A stretch of 64,000 bases of DNA from Podarcis tiliguerta (lineage: Eukaryota), in assembly GCA_965153285.1 (NCBI GenBank), contig OZ229111.1, one strand, 5' to 3'. The notes under the pieces were generated by a model, which saw only the letters and a program-made list of their open reading frames with translations, ran no database searches and was not told where the DNA came from. Shown in pieces: positions 25,775-37,889 of this stretch; within the stretch, counting starts at the first letter, position 1; each line of letters begins with the position of its first letter. The translations under genes and the position numbers were made by a program.

Positions 25775-26230
25775 CAGGGTGGTCCAATGCATGGCCCTCG
25801 AAGCCTTTTTTGGTGGCCCTCAGCAACATTTGATGCCCCCCCCAGCCCTCATGCAGATGTGCTGTCTTTGTGGGTAAGCAAGGCACTGAACTTTGAGAAG
25901 GAGATGTGAGGGCTATAGGACTGTACCAGAGACTTGCAACTTGCTTACCCAGCTTTGGAAAGGCAGCATCAGGGCTACAGGGTGTATGTGAAATATTGGC
26001 ATAGTGTACAGGAATTAGATGATCCTCAGGGTCCCTTCTAACTCTATGGAAGATTCAATTGCTCTGCTTAACACTTACTTTTCTGACAATAAAGGGTGGA
26101 ACCCAACACTGCTACTCAACAACTTCAATAATCCTAAAAAAAGCTCAACAACTTTGGTCGGCCCTCATGCATGTTCACTTCATCAAATCTGGCCCGCTTT
26201 CCCACTTTGAAAAAAGTTTGGGCACCCCTG
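25775..26230. mobile_element. hAT-type MITE
   Basis: Ends cagggtggtccaa / tttgggcacccctg with a perfect 8-bp TSD tactagag (25767-25774 and 26231-26238). Confidence 0.85.
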
Positions 26231-27261
26231 TACTAGAGCAACAAGGAATCACCTTCTTCTACCCACTGCAACTCCACACCCCAAAATGTTTTCTGGCGGT
26301 CTCCCAAACCTACAAAGCAGTTTTTTTAGCGTGTGTGAGGACTGCGGGGTTAAAAGAGGGAAGTGAGCTCCAGTTGTGTGAGTGGAAATCTGTTCTGTTC
26401 ATGCACTGACAGCATTGGATACAATGCAAAATATGTATAAAACAGAAAGTTATAGAGTTATGTTTTATGTTCTTAGCCATTTTCCTTTCTGAAGTGTGTA
26501 TTTTAAAGTGTACACTTTGAAATACAACATAAAGTTTAAAGTATCAAAGAATTTACCAAGCTCTTCTTACAAAGTTTTGAACAACCTTCTATCTGGGACA
26601 CATACCATTTAAGACATTGTCAGATCACAGGGCCTTCTTACAACCTCACTGCCAGAAAAAGATTAAAGTGACCCATCCTTCTGACTATGTCCTAGCTCTG
26701 TCCAGCCAAATTCTAAAACAGACAAATGACTAATAGGGCAGGCAACTCCTGACTCTACCAGATGCAAAGATCACAACCTAAAATGTCATAGAAAGGGTTA
26801 CCTGGTTTGTTCCTTTTCTCATTCCCTAGCTTACTAAGAGTATTAGTATCATTTTGGATGCATCTTTCAGATGTGTTGTTAACCATACTGACCTCAACAG
26901 CTTGGCAATTCACTTTAACTTTACTAAAATAGTTAACTTTCTTTGTTTTCAGTATCACTGTGAGCTCAGGTACAGAAGAAATTCAAGATTAGATATGTCA
27001 ATCTCTTGTATCAAGAATAAATAGCAATATATTACAAGGAATGTGAGCGATTTTAATTTTTACTTTCATTTTTCTAGCCAAATATTCAGTGACCAATAAA
27101 GAGAATACTTCTTCCTTCCCACTTAATCTTACCCACTGGAGACTTGCCAATAGCCACTGGTGATAAAACTGAAGCATAGATTAGTAACATTTTATCTACC
27201 CTAAAGGTTGAAGGCACACAGTTTTTAAAATGTACATTTTGTAGGAAAAAATAACATGTTT

Positions 27262-27405
27262 CAGTGTCAGAGGCAGTATATCTATAAATACCAGCTTTTG
27301 GGATTCACAAGTAGGGAGCTCGCTGCTGCACTCAGATCCTGCCTGCAGGCTTCCCATAGGCTTGGACACTGAAGAGAGGATGCTGGATTTAATGGGCCTT
27401 GCTTA
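27262..27405 (+). mobile_element. CR1-like LINE 3' tail
   Basis: aggatgctggatttaatgggcc...cttatg resembles reptile CR1 3' ends; a related piece is at 31240-31320 on the minus strand. Confidence 0.5.
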
Positions 27406-28253
27406 TGAAAAAGTGCTACAGCTCTATTATTAATGCATTTGTACAAATGCACTTGGGAGATAGCTTAGATGATTATTTGAAAAGAACTAGAAGAGGAACC
27501 AAGTCCAGTGCTTTGCTAGAAAATTAATGTATTGTACATTGGGGGTGGGGATTCACTGGATAATCCCCAACCATATTGTTCCTGCTGTAATTAATTTGGT
27601 TTAGGTATTTAAATGATAAAATATTACACCTAAAGAAAGGAGCAATGTTGGAAAAAATATGCCCTTTGGATACAATCTGATATATGGTTGCTTATTTTGA
27701 CCTAGGGACTATCTACAACTAATAACATAAGCAAACAACTTTCCCCAAAGCATGTCCTTCTCTTCAAGGCTGCTAAAATGCAACTCAGATTACAATGTTT
27801 ATTAATAAATTCTAAGAATCCATTAGAAATGCACAAACATTCAACCCTTACTTAAGACAATGAAAATATGCTTATGTGATGTTTCTGAGTCTTTACCCAT
27901 CCTTTCACAGAGCTATAACATAAAGCACAAGTAAGGGTACATGAGGAAAAACTTGGAGAACTAAAATCCCAACAAATTTATAGCATACTACCTCTCCAGT
28001 GTATCTGGAATTATACTTCACTATTTCAACACAAAAGTTACGGTCAATTCCAATAGGAGTCCAAAATTTTGATACTTATTTGGGAGAGGCCACAGCACAG
28101 TGATTTGCCTGTCTAAAAGTCCCAGGTTTAAATCCTGGTGAAATAATCACAGAAGTTAATACTAGGAAATGCCACTACTTCAGACCTTGAAGCACTGGTG
28201 CTAGGCTGAATAGACAGTTGCAGCTTCATGTTATTTTTCAGTTGTGATCAAAG

Positions 28254-28603
28254 CAGCGTTCAAAATTTGCCAGGCACCAGGCACATTTTGCACCTGGCTA
28301 TCGGCCACTTGTGACCAAGTGAAGATGCCTGGGTGCCAGGATGGCGCCTGATGTCTCCACCATCTGGAGTGTGTGCCTGGGCATCCTTGGATCTTGACTG
28401 TTTTTACACACTAGCAATTCTATCTACTATATTTTATCTGCACAATCAGAATGAATTTCAGGAGCCAGAAAGTCATACTGAAAATTATTACTTTTGAGCA
28501 GTCTACCCCCAAAATGGCAACTAGGCATTATGTTTTGGCAAATGTAGCCCTGGTTTAAGGAACCATTTGGCGCCTAGCTTATATATCTAAGTTTCTAACA
28601 CTG
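28254..28603. mobile_element. hAT-type MITE
   Basis: Ends cagcgttcaaaa / tttctaacactg with a perfect 8-bp TSD gatcaaag; second copy at 56301-56627. Confidence 0.88.
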
Positions 28604-29769
28604 GATCAAAGGCGAGCAAACCCAAACTCAAAGGCATCATCTCAAAGTGAACATGAAACATAGTCACCTACAGCTGTTTGGGATTACCCACAACAGCTTT
28701 ACTGTTTCTTATTTGTGGCTTTCTTAACACACCATCTAACTTTGTGTGATTTTTCTACACCTTGCTTCAGTCCCAAAACACCGACCTGATTCTATAGGGA
28801 AAGTTAGCAAAACCTACCCTTTTACAGGGAAGACAGGTATTATCTTTACATCTTTAAACCCACAGCAGGAAAAGTCATAAGCAGTCTTCTTCATTTTCCA
28901 CCAACTCATACACATGATGTGGTGGATTGAGTCACTGGACCAATATGCTTAGAAAACCAGAACAAGCAGGCTCCACTATATGGAGTAAAATTCTCAATTT
29001 CTGTGTATGCAGACATTCCATACCAGTCTCCAAGTTGGTCCCTAAACCCCCATTTAAAAACTCTTCATACTGAAGCTCCCCCTCTGTTACATAGCCAGTA
29101 TGGCAGGGACTAGGCCAGTTGCTCACATACAGTAACCTATCAGACAATGTTGCTGTGAAAATAAAAACAGTGTCTCCCATGTGAACCACTCTAAGATCCT
29201 TGGAATAAAACACAATACATATATCAAAGGGAGAAATAGTCCTTATTTTTTCTGACAAACAACTATCTGCACAGGCTTGTTACACTGGGCATGAGCAGAG
29301 CTTCAAGAACATTTCACAAACTTGCCTGCCTGGATGGATCATTCTCATGCCACATTTCGCTGTAAAGCCAGGATATATCAACGCTAAAGGAAGTAAAGAA
29401 TCGCATTACCCTTTATTTTGCTCATAACAGAACTGGAAGCCTACCATTGCTTACTTTTCCTACATACTTTGCTAGAGATCCCCGCTTTTTCGTTAATGAC
29501 TATTTACATATGTACGCTGCCTTAATAAGCTGGAAGAGAAGAGACTATATATATTTTTATATATTCCGGGGAATGGGGTAGATGGAATCAGAGCAAACAA
29601 TCAAGTTTCTCTTTCATGCACAGCTGGAGCGGCCCGAGGGGAGGTGGAAACAAACATCCTCTTATCTTGTTCCCAATATGAGGAACTCGAGCTCTGAAGG
29701 AGGCCTCAAACCTCTCCAGCCTCATTAAAGGAAAGTTCACTCCAAGCTACGACTCCTTTCTGACCACCG

Positions 29770-30950
29770 GCCTCAGCCTTCACGGCCCTACAGGTCCTTT
29801 TCAAGGGGTGGCGCGGATTCCCCCGGGCAAAGCCCAAACCAACCCCGAGGCCCACCAGCTGGGACCTTACCGCGATGAGGGCGCTGCTCCGGCCGTGCTG
29901 CTGATGCTGCTCACCGCCCGCGGTGTCGGCGTCCAGACCGTTGACTCCAGGCCTGTCGGGAGGAGCGGAGGTAGAGGCAGAGGAGCCCCCGGAGCCCGGG
30001 GCCGGAGCAGGGGGAGGCGGCTGGGACGGGGCGGCCGGCGGAGCGGCTGCCGGGGGAGGCAGAGGCGGCTGGCGGTGCTTCCCGGCCCGCTTGGCCTTGG
30101 CCTGCAAGCAGCGCTGGTGGAGGGCGAAGGTCTGCTGGCGCTCCAGCTCCAGCCGCTCCGGAGACACGGCCTGGTAGCGGGACTCGCAGGCGCTGTGATG
30201 CCGCCGGCACAGCTCGATCCGCCGGCGGAGCCGCTCCATCACCGCGCTGTGTCGCGGAACCACGAACTCCGCCATGGGGCAGGGGGGCAGGACCATGAGC
30301 CGAGGGCGAGAAAGGCAACGCGAGAGACCAGGCGGCCGCTTCACTCCGCCATGGCTGGCGGCCAGAGACACCGGGCAGCCCTCACAGCCTCGGCTCTCTT
30401 CCCCTGTAGTCGTCGTCGTCGTCCTTCTCCTCCTCCCTCGCTGCCGCTGCCGCCACCCTTTACAGGCCGGGGCCGCCCCGCCTCCTGCCGGGAGCCTGGC
30501 GACGCGCCGCCGACTTTCCCTCACTCCTGCCCCGACCCCAGCTCAGGCCCGGAGCCACCCAAGCCTCCCGCTTTCCATTGTTATCCGCGCCTCAGTCGCC
30601 GCCATCTTGAAATTGTTTCACCCCTTTTCCTCCCTCCCCTCCCCCGCCGAGAGCCAGCCCCAGCGAAGAAGGCGGAGGAGTTTCCTATGTGGTGCCTGAC
30701 GTCACGGCCCCGCACTCATTGCTCACGGGGTTTAACAGACAGCAGGGCAAGCCTATCGGACGCGAGATCGGAAGAGGGGTGGGTGGGTGGAAAGACGAGG
30801 CAGAGCTCCCTTCCCCCTCCCCTCCGCCTCTGATCTCTTCTTTTCCCCTTCCCCACGCCACCCCGCCCTTTCCGGAAGTGGGTAAAGGGCGGGGCTTTAG
30901 GTGTGATTAAAAGGTGATAGAAGCTGAAACTTCGCGGCCGCTCCGCCTAC
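29770..30950 (-). promoter_or_regulatory. MAML1: MAML1 CpG island / promoter
   Basis: High GC and CpG density. YY1 motif CAAGATGGCGGC (30598-30609, minus), full CRE TGACGTCA (30697-30704), GC boxes (30861-30868, 30887-30894), ETS CCGGAAGT (30872-30879). Confidence 0.85.
29871..30296 (-). CDS. MAML1: MAML1 coding exon 1 (basic helix binding Notch ICD and CSL/RBPJ)
   Basis: MVLPPCPMAEFVVPRHSAVMERLRRRIELCRRHHSACESRYQAVSPERLELERQQTFALHQRCLQAKAKRAGKH; donor GCG|gtaagg; 426 nt, phase 0. Confidence 0.98.
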
Positions 30951-31589
30951 CAAGGAAGGGAGAGATGGTGAAGTACTTGAAAGAGTGACTTAGTGAATGA
31001 CTTGGCCTGAAAAAAAGAAGCAACAACTCGTGACTTAATGGAGTATTATACAAAGCATAAGGCCAAGATTAAAAATGTAGTATTCTCGCCCACAGTTCAT
31101 TTAAAGCAAAATACCTACCATTTTAGGGTTGAGGCTTCTGATGCATAGCAAAAGCAGCACACAAAATCTGTAGGCTTTATGCCTCTGTCGATACAGCAGG
31201 ACACGACAATTTAATCAACTCCCCCCCCCCCCCATTATTCTTAAGAACATAAGAATCCTGCTGGATCAGCCCAGTGGCCCATCAAGTCCAGCACAGCCGA
31301 TTGGATGCCTGTGTGGGAAAACCACGCGCAGCAACTGATATTTCTTTCTGCTCCCTGCCATAAAGAAGGGCAAGGCCACAATCTAAAGATTAAATACTTT
31401 TGTGCAGCAGTATGGGTTTGATAGTTTTACTGTCGAAATACTTCATTAATTGGGCAATATAGTCGTTCAACACAGGAATGAAAACACAGCTGCCAGCAGC
31501 AAAAACATTTCTTTTGTAGGCTCTGGAAATTTGGAAGCTCTAGCCACAGAAGCAAACAAACAAGAACTTCTGACTTTTATGAAGCAAAC

Positions 31590-31795
31590 AACAGGTTTAC
31601 CACACCTATCAGCCCATCACCCATTCTCACCCTCCTTCTGAGTAATACCCCTCCCCACCCTCTCACTGTATGAAAGGGTCTGGTAACTTCTGTTTCAGTG
31701 TATCTGAAGAAGTGTGCATGCACAGGAAAGCTCATACCAATGACAAACTTAGTTGGTCTCTAAGGTGCTACTGAAAGGAAATTTTTGTTCTGTTT
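31590..31795 (+). mobile_element. Penelope-like element terminal fragment
   Basis: ctgaagaagtgtgcatgcacaggaaagctcatacc...aaacttagttggtctctaaggtgctac resembles reptile Penelope termini; ctgaagaag...gaaa is the hammerhead-like core found in these elements. Confidence 0.65.
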
Positions 31796-32744
31796 CGACG
31801 TTTTATCAAGACATTTTATCATTTAGGCAACACTACCCCACCTCACGCCGCACCCCCACCGCGCTAAAACCAAGGAATGTTTAAGATTGAACTAGTCTCA
31901 TGCAGTTCACTTGAACAAGGTACTAGACTAGAGAAGAAAACTTTTTGGAGTGAAAATACATGAATGTTTTAAATATCTGGTCAGATTTTCAGTTAAGAAT
32001 TGGAAGCCACCAATTCTGGAACACTACACAAAATAATGACCTAGAAGTGTTGAGCTTTAATTAAACCTGTAAGATAATAATTGAACAAAATAAGACAACT
32101 TACTCCCAGACTAGTCAGTTACCTTGGGGGGGGGGGGGAGACACGTCACATTTAACATCCCAAATGTATTTGAAGGTGTGGTGTGATTGCTTTGAAGTGA
32201 CCAAGCAATGAAACCTTGCAAATAGGGATTAGAGTTTAGTTAGTTTTCAGGCAATTCTATCTGTAGCCAGTTCTACAAAGGTTATGGGAGATTAAAATCC
32301 TGCCATGTCCACAACTGCTAATGCTAAAACAAATCAATCTTTAAAAACCTATATGAACAAGCCAAGCCACTGCATTTTGATGACCAGTGTTAAAAGCAAG
32401 GTTAAACTTCCTTGAACTATTCCATTTTTGTAACTTAACAGTTCAGCTTTCTTAATCCAAACAAGAGGGTGTTATTCATGAAATCTTGCTCAGCGATTTT
32501 AAGACAGTTAAGCTTGGACTCAAGGTATTTCAGTAGCACATAAGAGAATGGAGAACATTTTACTGTTGTGCCTTTTGTATGACAGTAATGTATTCCAGTA
32601 CTTATTTTGTCTCTGGAAATCTTTGCCCCAAGAAGCCTACATTTTTCTTTAGCATTTGCTGAATCCTCTGCCCTTAGATCAGCTGAACTTTAAAAGATTA
32701 AAATATACCAAACTAGACACTAGAAAAATGGTGATTTAAGTTTC

Positions 32745-32750
32745 TTTATT
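32745..32750 (-). terminator. CANX: Candidate distal CANX polyadenylation signal (AATAAA)
   Basis: TTTATT on + strand, ~2.9 kb past the stop, followed on the minus strand by a T/GT-rich tract; a proximal AATAAA lies at 34380-34385. Confidence 0.55.
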
Positions 32751-35614
32751 AATCAGAGCAAGCTTACATTTGTTTATAACTTAACCAATATATTTATATG
32801 CATACCGCATCTTTAGATTTTTTAATAACAGTCAGGACTTTTTAAAGAAAGTCACAGTCTTGTTTACCAACACTTAAGGGGTTTGCATCTGAAACTTGTA
32901 TGGAGGCAATACTGGCATTTAGAAAACTATAGTGAAGAGAAGGCAGCAAGGTGCCAAGAAATTAGTCTAGCACCATATTTACTGCCACAGATTAAGTGGA
33001 ACCAAGCACTGAAGATCCAAGATACCTTTCCCCATTCATGGCTAATTGCACAAGACTCCAGGCATCTGTAACATCCACATCTCAGTGGATTTTAACATCA
33101 GCATTTTAAAATTTAAGCAAGTTTGCAGTGTAAATATCCTATGAAAAACCACTTTTTCATTCTATAGCATTACCTTGCTTAAAATCATCTTTTACTCAAC
33201 ACACTAATACAGATAGATCTGAAATTGCTTGAATGCAGTTTTATCTTTTACATAAAATAAAAGCAAAATAGGTAGTCTAACATCCCATTAACCTTGAAGT
33301 CATCCTCTTTGAAAGGGAACCTTTTCCTTTAAAAGTCTTATCAAGGTACCAATGCAGTTTTAGGACTCAGCTTCTTCCCCACTATAAATTCATCTGTGTT
33401 GGCAATAAAAGATTTCCTACAGCTGAATGTTGTCTTCAAACAAACAAAAATAATCATCTTCAAGTCAGATAGAGTAAGAACCTCAAATTATTTGGAAACT
33501 TCAACTTACTCCATAATATGCAAATTCATGCTTTAATCTGAAATTGTTGATGGGGCAACCCTCTCGTGTGGAATATTTCTTAATATGGGTTCACAATTAC
33601 ACACCAGGCTCAAAGTCTTTAAGTAGTACATTTAAAACAATTGATAAAAATGATGTAGCGCTTTGCAAATTTCACTGATATAAAAAAAGCCAAAAGATGC
33701 ATACAGGCATATTCTGAAGAGGTCCTACAAATGCCAAAAATATATTACTTTTAGCTTCAAATTAAGGATTGCCTTATGACTTTCATCAGAAAACTTCCCT
33801 CACAGTCTGGAGAAAGAGGAACACACCAGAAATAAAGAATAACTTAGGATTGTTCACATGATACACAGCATTAAATAAAGTATGTTACAATTAGCACAAA
33901 CTGAGGTGTTGAATGGGGCACTGCAAGTCTACCATGTGAGGGGGGAAAGACAGAAGAGGCAGCTACGGAAGCAATTTCTTTTTATCAGCTGCCTAAACAA
34001 CTAGAAGGAGTTAATTACGCCTGTGAACTTTGTAGCCTCCAATGAGAACAGCAACACTATTGTGGAAAAACAAACCAACCAGGTGCCAGGAATCATACCT
34101 GAAAAGCATATATGGAAATTTGAATGTGAAAAATCATACCTTAAAGAAGCAAAACCTCTGTGACTTTGAGAACCTCTTATCCACACATAAAAATCTGGAG
34201 TGTTTCTGTTCAGTGCACATACAGTAGTTTTGCCCACAAGCTTATTTACTTTCTTCCCAACCCCCTAGTCTTCCAATACAACAGCACAGAATTACATTTT
34301 ATCTTTAGAGGCAGAGTGTGTATTCCACAAAAAAGGGATTACAATTGCTAGATACAAAATGCAACACATTTTTAAAAAATTTATTCAGCTGGAATTGGAA
34401 CCCCCTACATTAACAATATAGTTTGATACATGAAGAGCAGATTGAGTCTCAAAATGGTACATATACCCAGGAAGCTTTCACATGCTCCTTCCTTAGCCGC
34501 AAAATACTGACATCTGCTTTTGGTGCAAATCTTTAGATTGGCTTGCCTTTGCTTCATCTCTGCGCATGAATGTACATACAATGGCAATAATGAGAATGTT
34601 AGCAACACTGTACTATCCACAGTGTTTGGACCCCAGAAAGTAGTTCTACCTTTGAGATTAAAAACACACATCACAAACAGATTTAATGAACTGAGCATAT
34701 GCATTCTATAGCAGCTAAGCTGCATTCTGAACAAACTGCATAGCAGCAGCAGAAGCTAGAACAGGAGGAATTAGTTTTAAAACCATCGGAGGGGGGGGGA
34801 ATTGTTTAAAAAAGAACAAAAAACAAAATAAAAATACCAAACACCATGAAAATAAATTCTATACTGAAAAGAATTCCAAGGGCTAAATCCAGTCTCAGTC
34901 TTAGTAACCTAAACCAGAACTTACTCTCAAATTCAAGTTGATTATGAATACTGTTTTCACTGGGCAGTACCCATGACCAATATATGTATTTCATGGCCTC
35001 ATTATGCCCTTCCTCCAATAAGAAGGAAAGTTATTTAAGCACTTGATAATAGTTTCTTGAAATGGATTTGAGCTCTCTCCTATCTGACTGAAGTACAAGT
35101 TTTAACATAACTGACCAGCATACTCTGACATGATCAAACTAAGGGAACTGTGATGTATAAGTATGTTCATTTTGGTAAAAGAAAAAAGAAAAATATGAAA
35201 AATAAACATATAAAAATTGTATACCAAGCAATTTTCTAAGGTTTGCTGTTCATTTCCATTGATAGATTAATACATTAAGTTGAGCCAAGGTTTTGAGACT
35301 GGCAATTCTATCATTCTATTCAAAAACAAAATTTTTCAAAACAAAAAAATGTTAGTTATTGTAACATTCCAGAAATTCTTAGCTGGGTTGTGTTAAATGC
35401 ATTCTTTTTCTACAGGAATACTCTATTTAAAAACACAATTGCGAATATTTTACTGCTAACACTCATTTACACTGGAGAGCATTTGACAGGAACCTGTGGA
35501 TGGTGAAGTCTGAGGTTGGTTTTTTTTATTATTTGAGTTTCAGCAAAAGGTATCCAAGGTCCTCTCCCAAAACCATGTTGGGGAAAATTAATCAGATCAA
35601 GTTTTTAGGATATT

Positions 35615-35668
35615 TCAATCTCTTCTTGGTTTTCTGTTTCTGGGGGATCTATTCACAGTTTCTTCCTC
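35615..35668 (-). CDS. CANX: CANX last coding exon
   Basis: ctttacag|GAG; EEETVNRSPRNRKPRRD*, with the SP phosphosite and RKPRR ER-retention tail; 54 nt. Confidence 0.96.
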   Translation of the reverse strand, partial: EEETVNRSPRNRKPRRD

Positions 35669-36240
35669 CTGTAAAGGTAAAAGAACACAACTCTTACATA
35701 AATATGAAGTCACTTCCTGTGTTCAATTTCCTCTTAGCTTTAGAAAGCAACGAGAAAGTATCTTTGAAGTTATTCACTGGGATTTGAACAAAACATTAGG
35801 AAGAACTTCCGGAAGATATGAACTGTTCAACAGTGGAAAAGCCCATCTCAAAAGGTACTAGATTCTTGGTTTGAGGTTTTTTAAAACAGGTTAGATGGTC
35901 ATCTATTATTATTTATTGAATTTGTCAGTTCCTTTTATCTTGCCCAGGACATTCCAACAGACATACAGACAACACTTTCACATAAATACATTAGAACCAA
36001 GAAGAAAAAGAAAAACATTTAAAGCTTATGTTCTTCAATTGAACTGCAATGCCTTCCCCCGAAAAAAAATAGTGAGCAGCTGTGATTGGTTGGCATAATG
36101 TCTATGATAGTGGATTATCCAACAGAAAGCAGCCATAGAAGAAAGTTGTCTGATCACCTTAAATTAGTGGTTCTCCATCTTTCTTTCTTTTTGATGCTGT
36201 AGTGCTGGATTTCCTGTACTAGTGAGAAAGTTGCACTAGA

Positions 36241-36587
36241 TAAAGGATGCAGAATCTGTGGCCCTCTAGATATTGATGGACTACAGCTCCTATGACCATT
36301 GGGGCTGATGGCAGTGGCGGAGCTTCATGCTCCAGCACCAGGGGGCAGAGAGCAAGTGGGGGCGGGGCTGGCGCACGCAAGGGGTATGATGCGCATCCTG
36401 GGGGCGGGTCACGCTGCCTGCAGGGGCGTGGCACCCAGCGCAGGCGGGAGGGCAGCCGCAATGGCACCCCAATGGTATCGCGCTGCCAGGGGCAGTGCGC
36501 TCCCCCCCCCCACTCCTCTTCCTCCGCCAGCGGCTGATGGGTGTTGAGTCCAACAACATCTAGAGGGCCATGAATTCTTCAACCCTG
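36241..36587. mobile_element. Palindromic hAT-type MITE (outer), interrupted by a second MITE
   Basis: Arms gtggccctctagatattgatggactacagctcc / gtgttgagtccaacaacatctagagggcca are mutual inverted repeats; same family as 59188-59322. Confidence 0.7.
36312..36532. mobile_element. GC-rich hAT-type MITE (inner)
   Basis: Ends cagtggcggag / ctccgccagcg with a perfect 8-bp TSD gctgatgg (36304-36311 and 36533-36540). Confidence 0.85.
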
Positions 36588-36865
36588 GACTAGGATCCAC
36601 TTATTTAAACTACAATACTCATATCAACAGAACTGTGTTTATCCCGTTCGCACAAGTTTTTCAAAATTTATTTGAAGGTTACACTGGCTTTTCAGAATTC
36701 ACAAAACTGATTCCACAGGTTATGAAGTGAAATGATCCCATCAACTGATGGCACTGAGGTTGCAATTCATATTTAGGAAGCACTGCATTGCTGGCTGCTC
36801 TTATAAACAGGTTACCACTTCCAGGCTTGCTCTAGTGCAACTTTGCAATTAAAAAAACCCCTTAC

Positions 36866-36978
36866 CTCTGTAATACGTTTGCTATCTTCTTCATCTTCGT
36901 CTTCCTCCTCCTCCTCCTCTTCTTCCTCCTCCTCTTGACTAGCACTTCCTGCATCACCATCACCTCTCTGCTTTTCTT
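36866..36978 (-). CDS. CANX: CANX coding exon (acidic cytosolic tail)
   Basis: cttcag|AA...GAG|gtaagg; 113 nt; EKQRGDGDAGSASQEEEEEEEEEEEDEDEEDSKRITE. Confidence 0.93.
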
Positions 36979-37143
36979 CTGAAGTGTGTAAAAAGGTTTT
37001 ATTACTATTATTTACAGGATAGTTGTGTTTTTTGCTGCCTACTCTCCAATTCAACATTAAGCTTCAAATTTTAAAATCTGTAACTTTATAAGGATAAAGC
37101 TTTAGTGATTTTGGGACTAGTGAATATCATCAACTTTGCTTAC

Positions 37144-37270
37144 CTGGCTTTTCTTCATGTATTTCTTCTGCTTCTGCTTCTCCCTTGTTTTTTTCCTCCA
37201 CTTTCTCTTCCTCATTTACATCTGGCTGAGGAGCATCAGTTTTTTTGTACTCTGCAGCACTTGGCTGTTT
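37144..37270 (-). CDS. CANX: CANX coding exon (cytosolic tail)
   Basis: tttcag|AAA...CCAG|gtaagc; 127 nt; KQPSAAEYKKTDAPQPDV. Confidence 0.95.
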
Positions 37271-37378
37271 CTGAAACAGTTGTAGGAATTCCAAAAGTAA
37301 GTTTCTCAGAGACTATTCACTTCCAATTCCAATCCTACTCAACATACTTTTGAAACCAGTTGTTTCCAAAGCACACAC

Positions 37379-37498
37379 CTTTCCAGAGCAGCAGAAGAGG
37401 ACAACAAGAAACACAGGCAAAGCCACAGTAAGGATGTAGACTACCCAAAGCCAGGGACGCTCTTCAGCAGCTGCCATCATCTGACCCACAACACCGGG
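37379..37498 (-). CDS. CANX: CANX coding exon (transmembrane helix, juxtamembrane CC)
   Basis: cttccag|CCC...AAG|gtgtgt; 120 nt; PGVVGQMMAAAEERPWLWVVYILTVALPVFLVVLFCCSGK. Confidence 0.97.
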
Positions 37499-37889
37499 CT
37501 GGAAGACAAATCAAAATCTATGAAGTTCTCTGTACTTAGCAGTGATTATGAGGCAATATAGCTGCCCAAGAGATCTAACAATCACCCAACCATGGAATTT
37601 TGTCTCCCCTCCAAGCCAAAAAGCCCAGGAAAACCCATAAAAGAAGCTATGTGATCTGTCCAATCACACCTCCCCATTCTTCAGCCACAGGTAAACAAAT
37701 AGGTAAAAAATGCTCTCCATTCAAATGTCTGAATCTGCAGTGTGCATAGCAAGGTTTGGGTACTAATTCCTCATGTTTCGATATGAATTTTTGCATAGGG
37801 AACATTTGTAAAGTGGGATCTGTGTGTTTATTAACTCAAAAAAGACATACAAATCTGTTAATGACCAAAGAACAGAAAGAGGTTCGGAG

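Noticed and set aside
29808-30833. 341-aa plus-strand ORF and other ORFs over MAML1 exon 1
   Set aside because: GC-rich antisense shadows of a CpG island with low-complexity R/G/P content and no recognisable domain.
31312-31319. RBPJ/CSL site TGTGGGAA upstream of MAML1 (autoregulation)
   Set aside because: It lies in a CR1-like relic, and similar sites occur across the window at about chance frequency.
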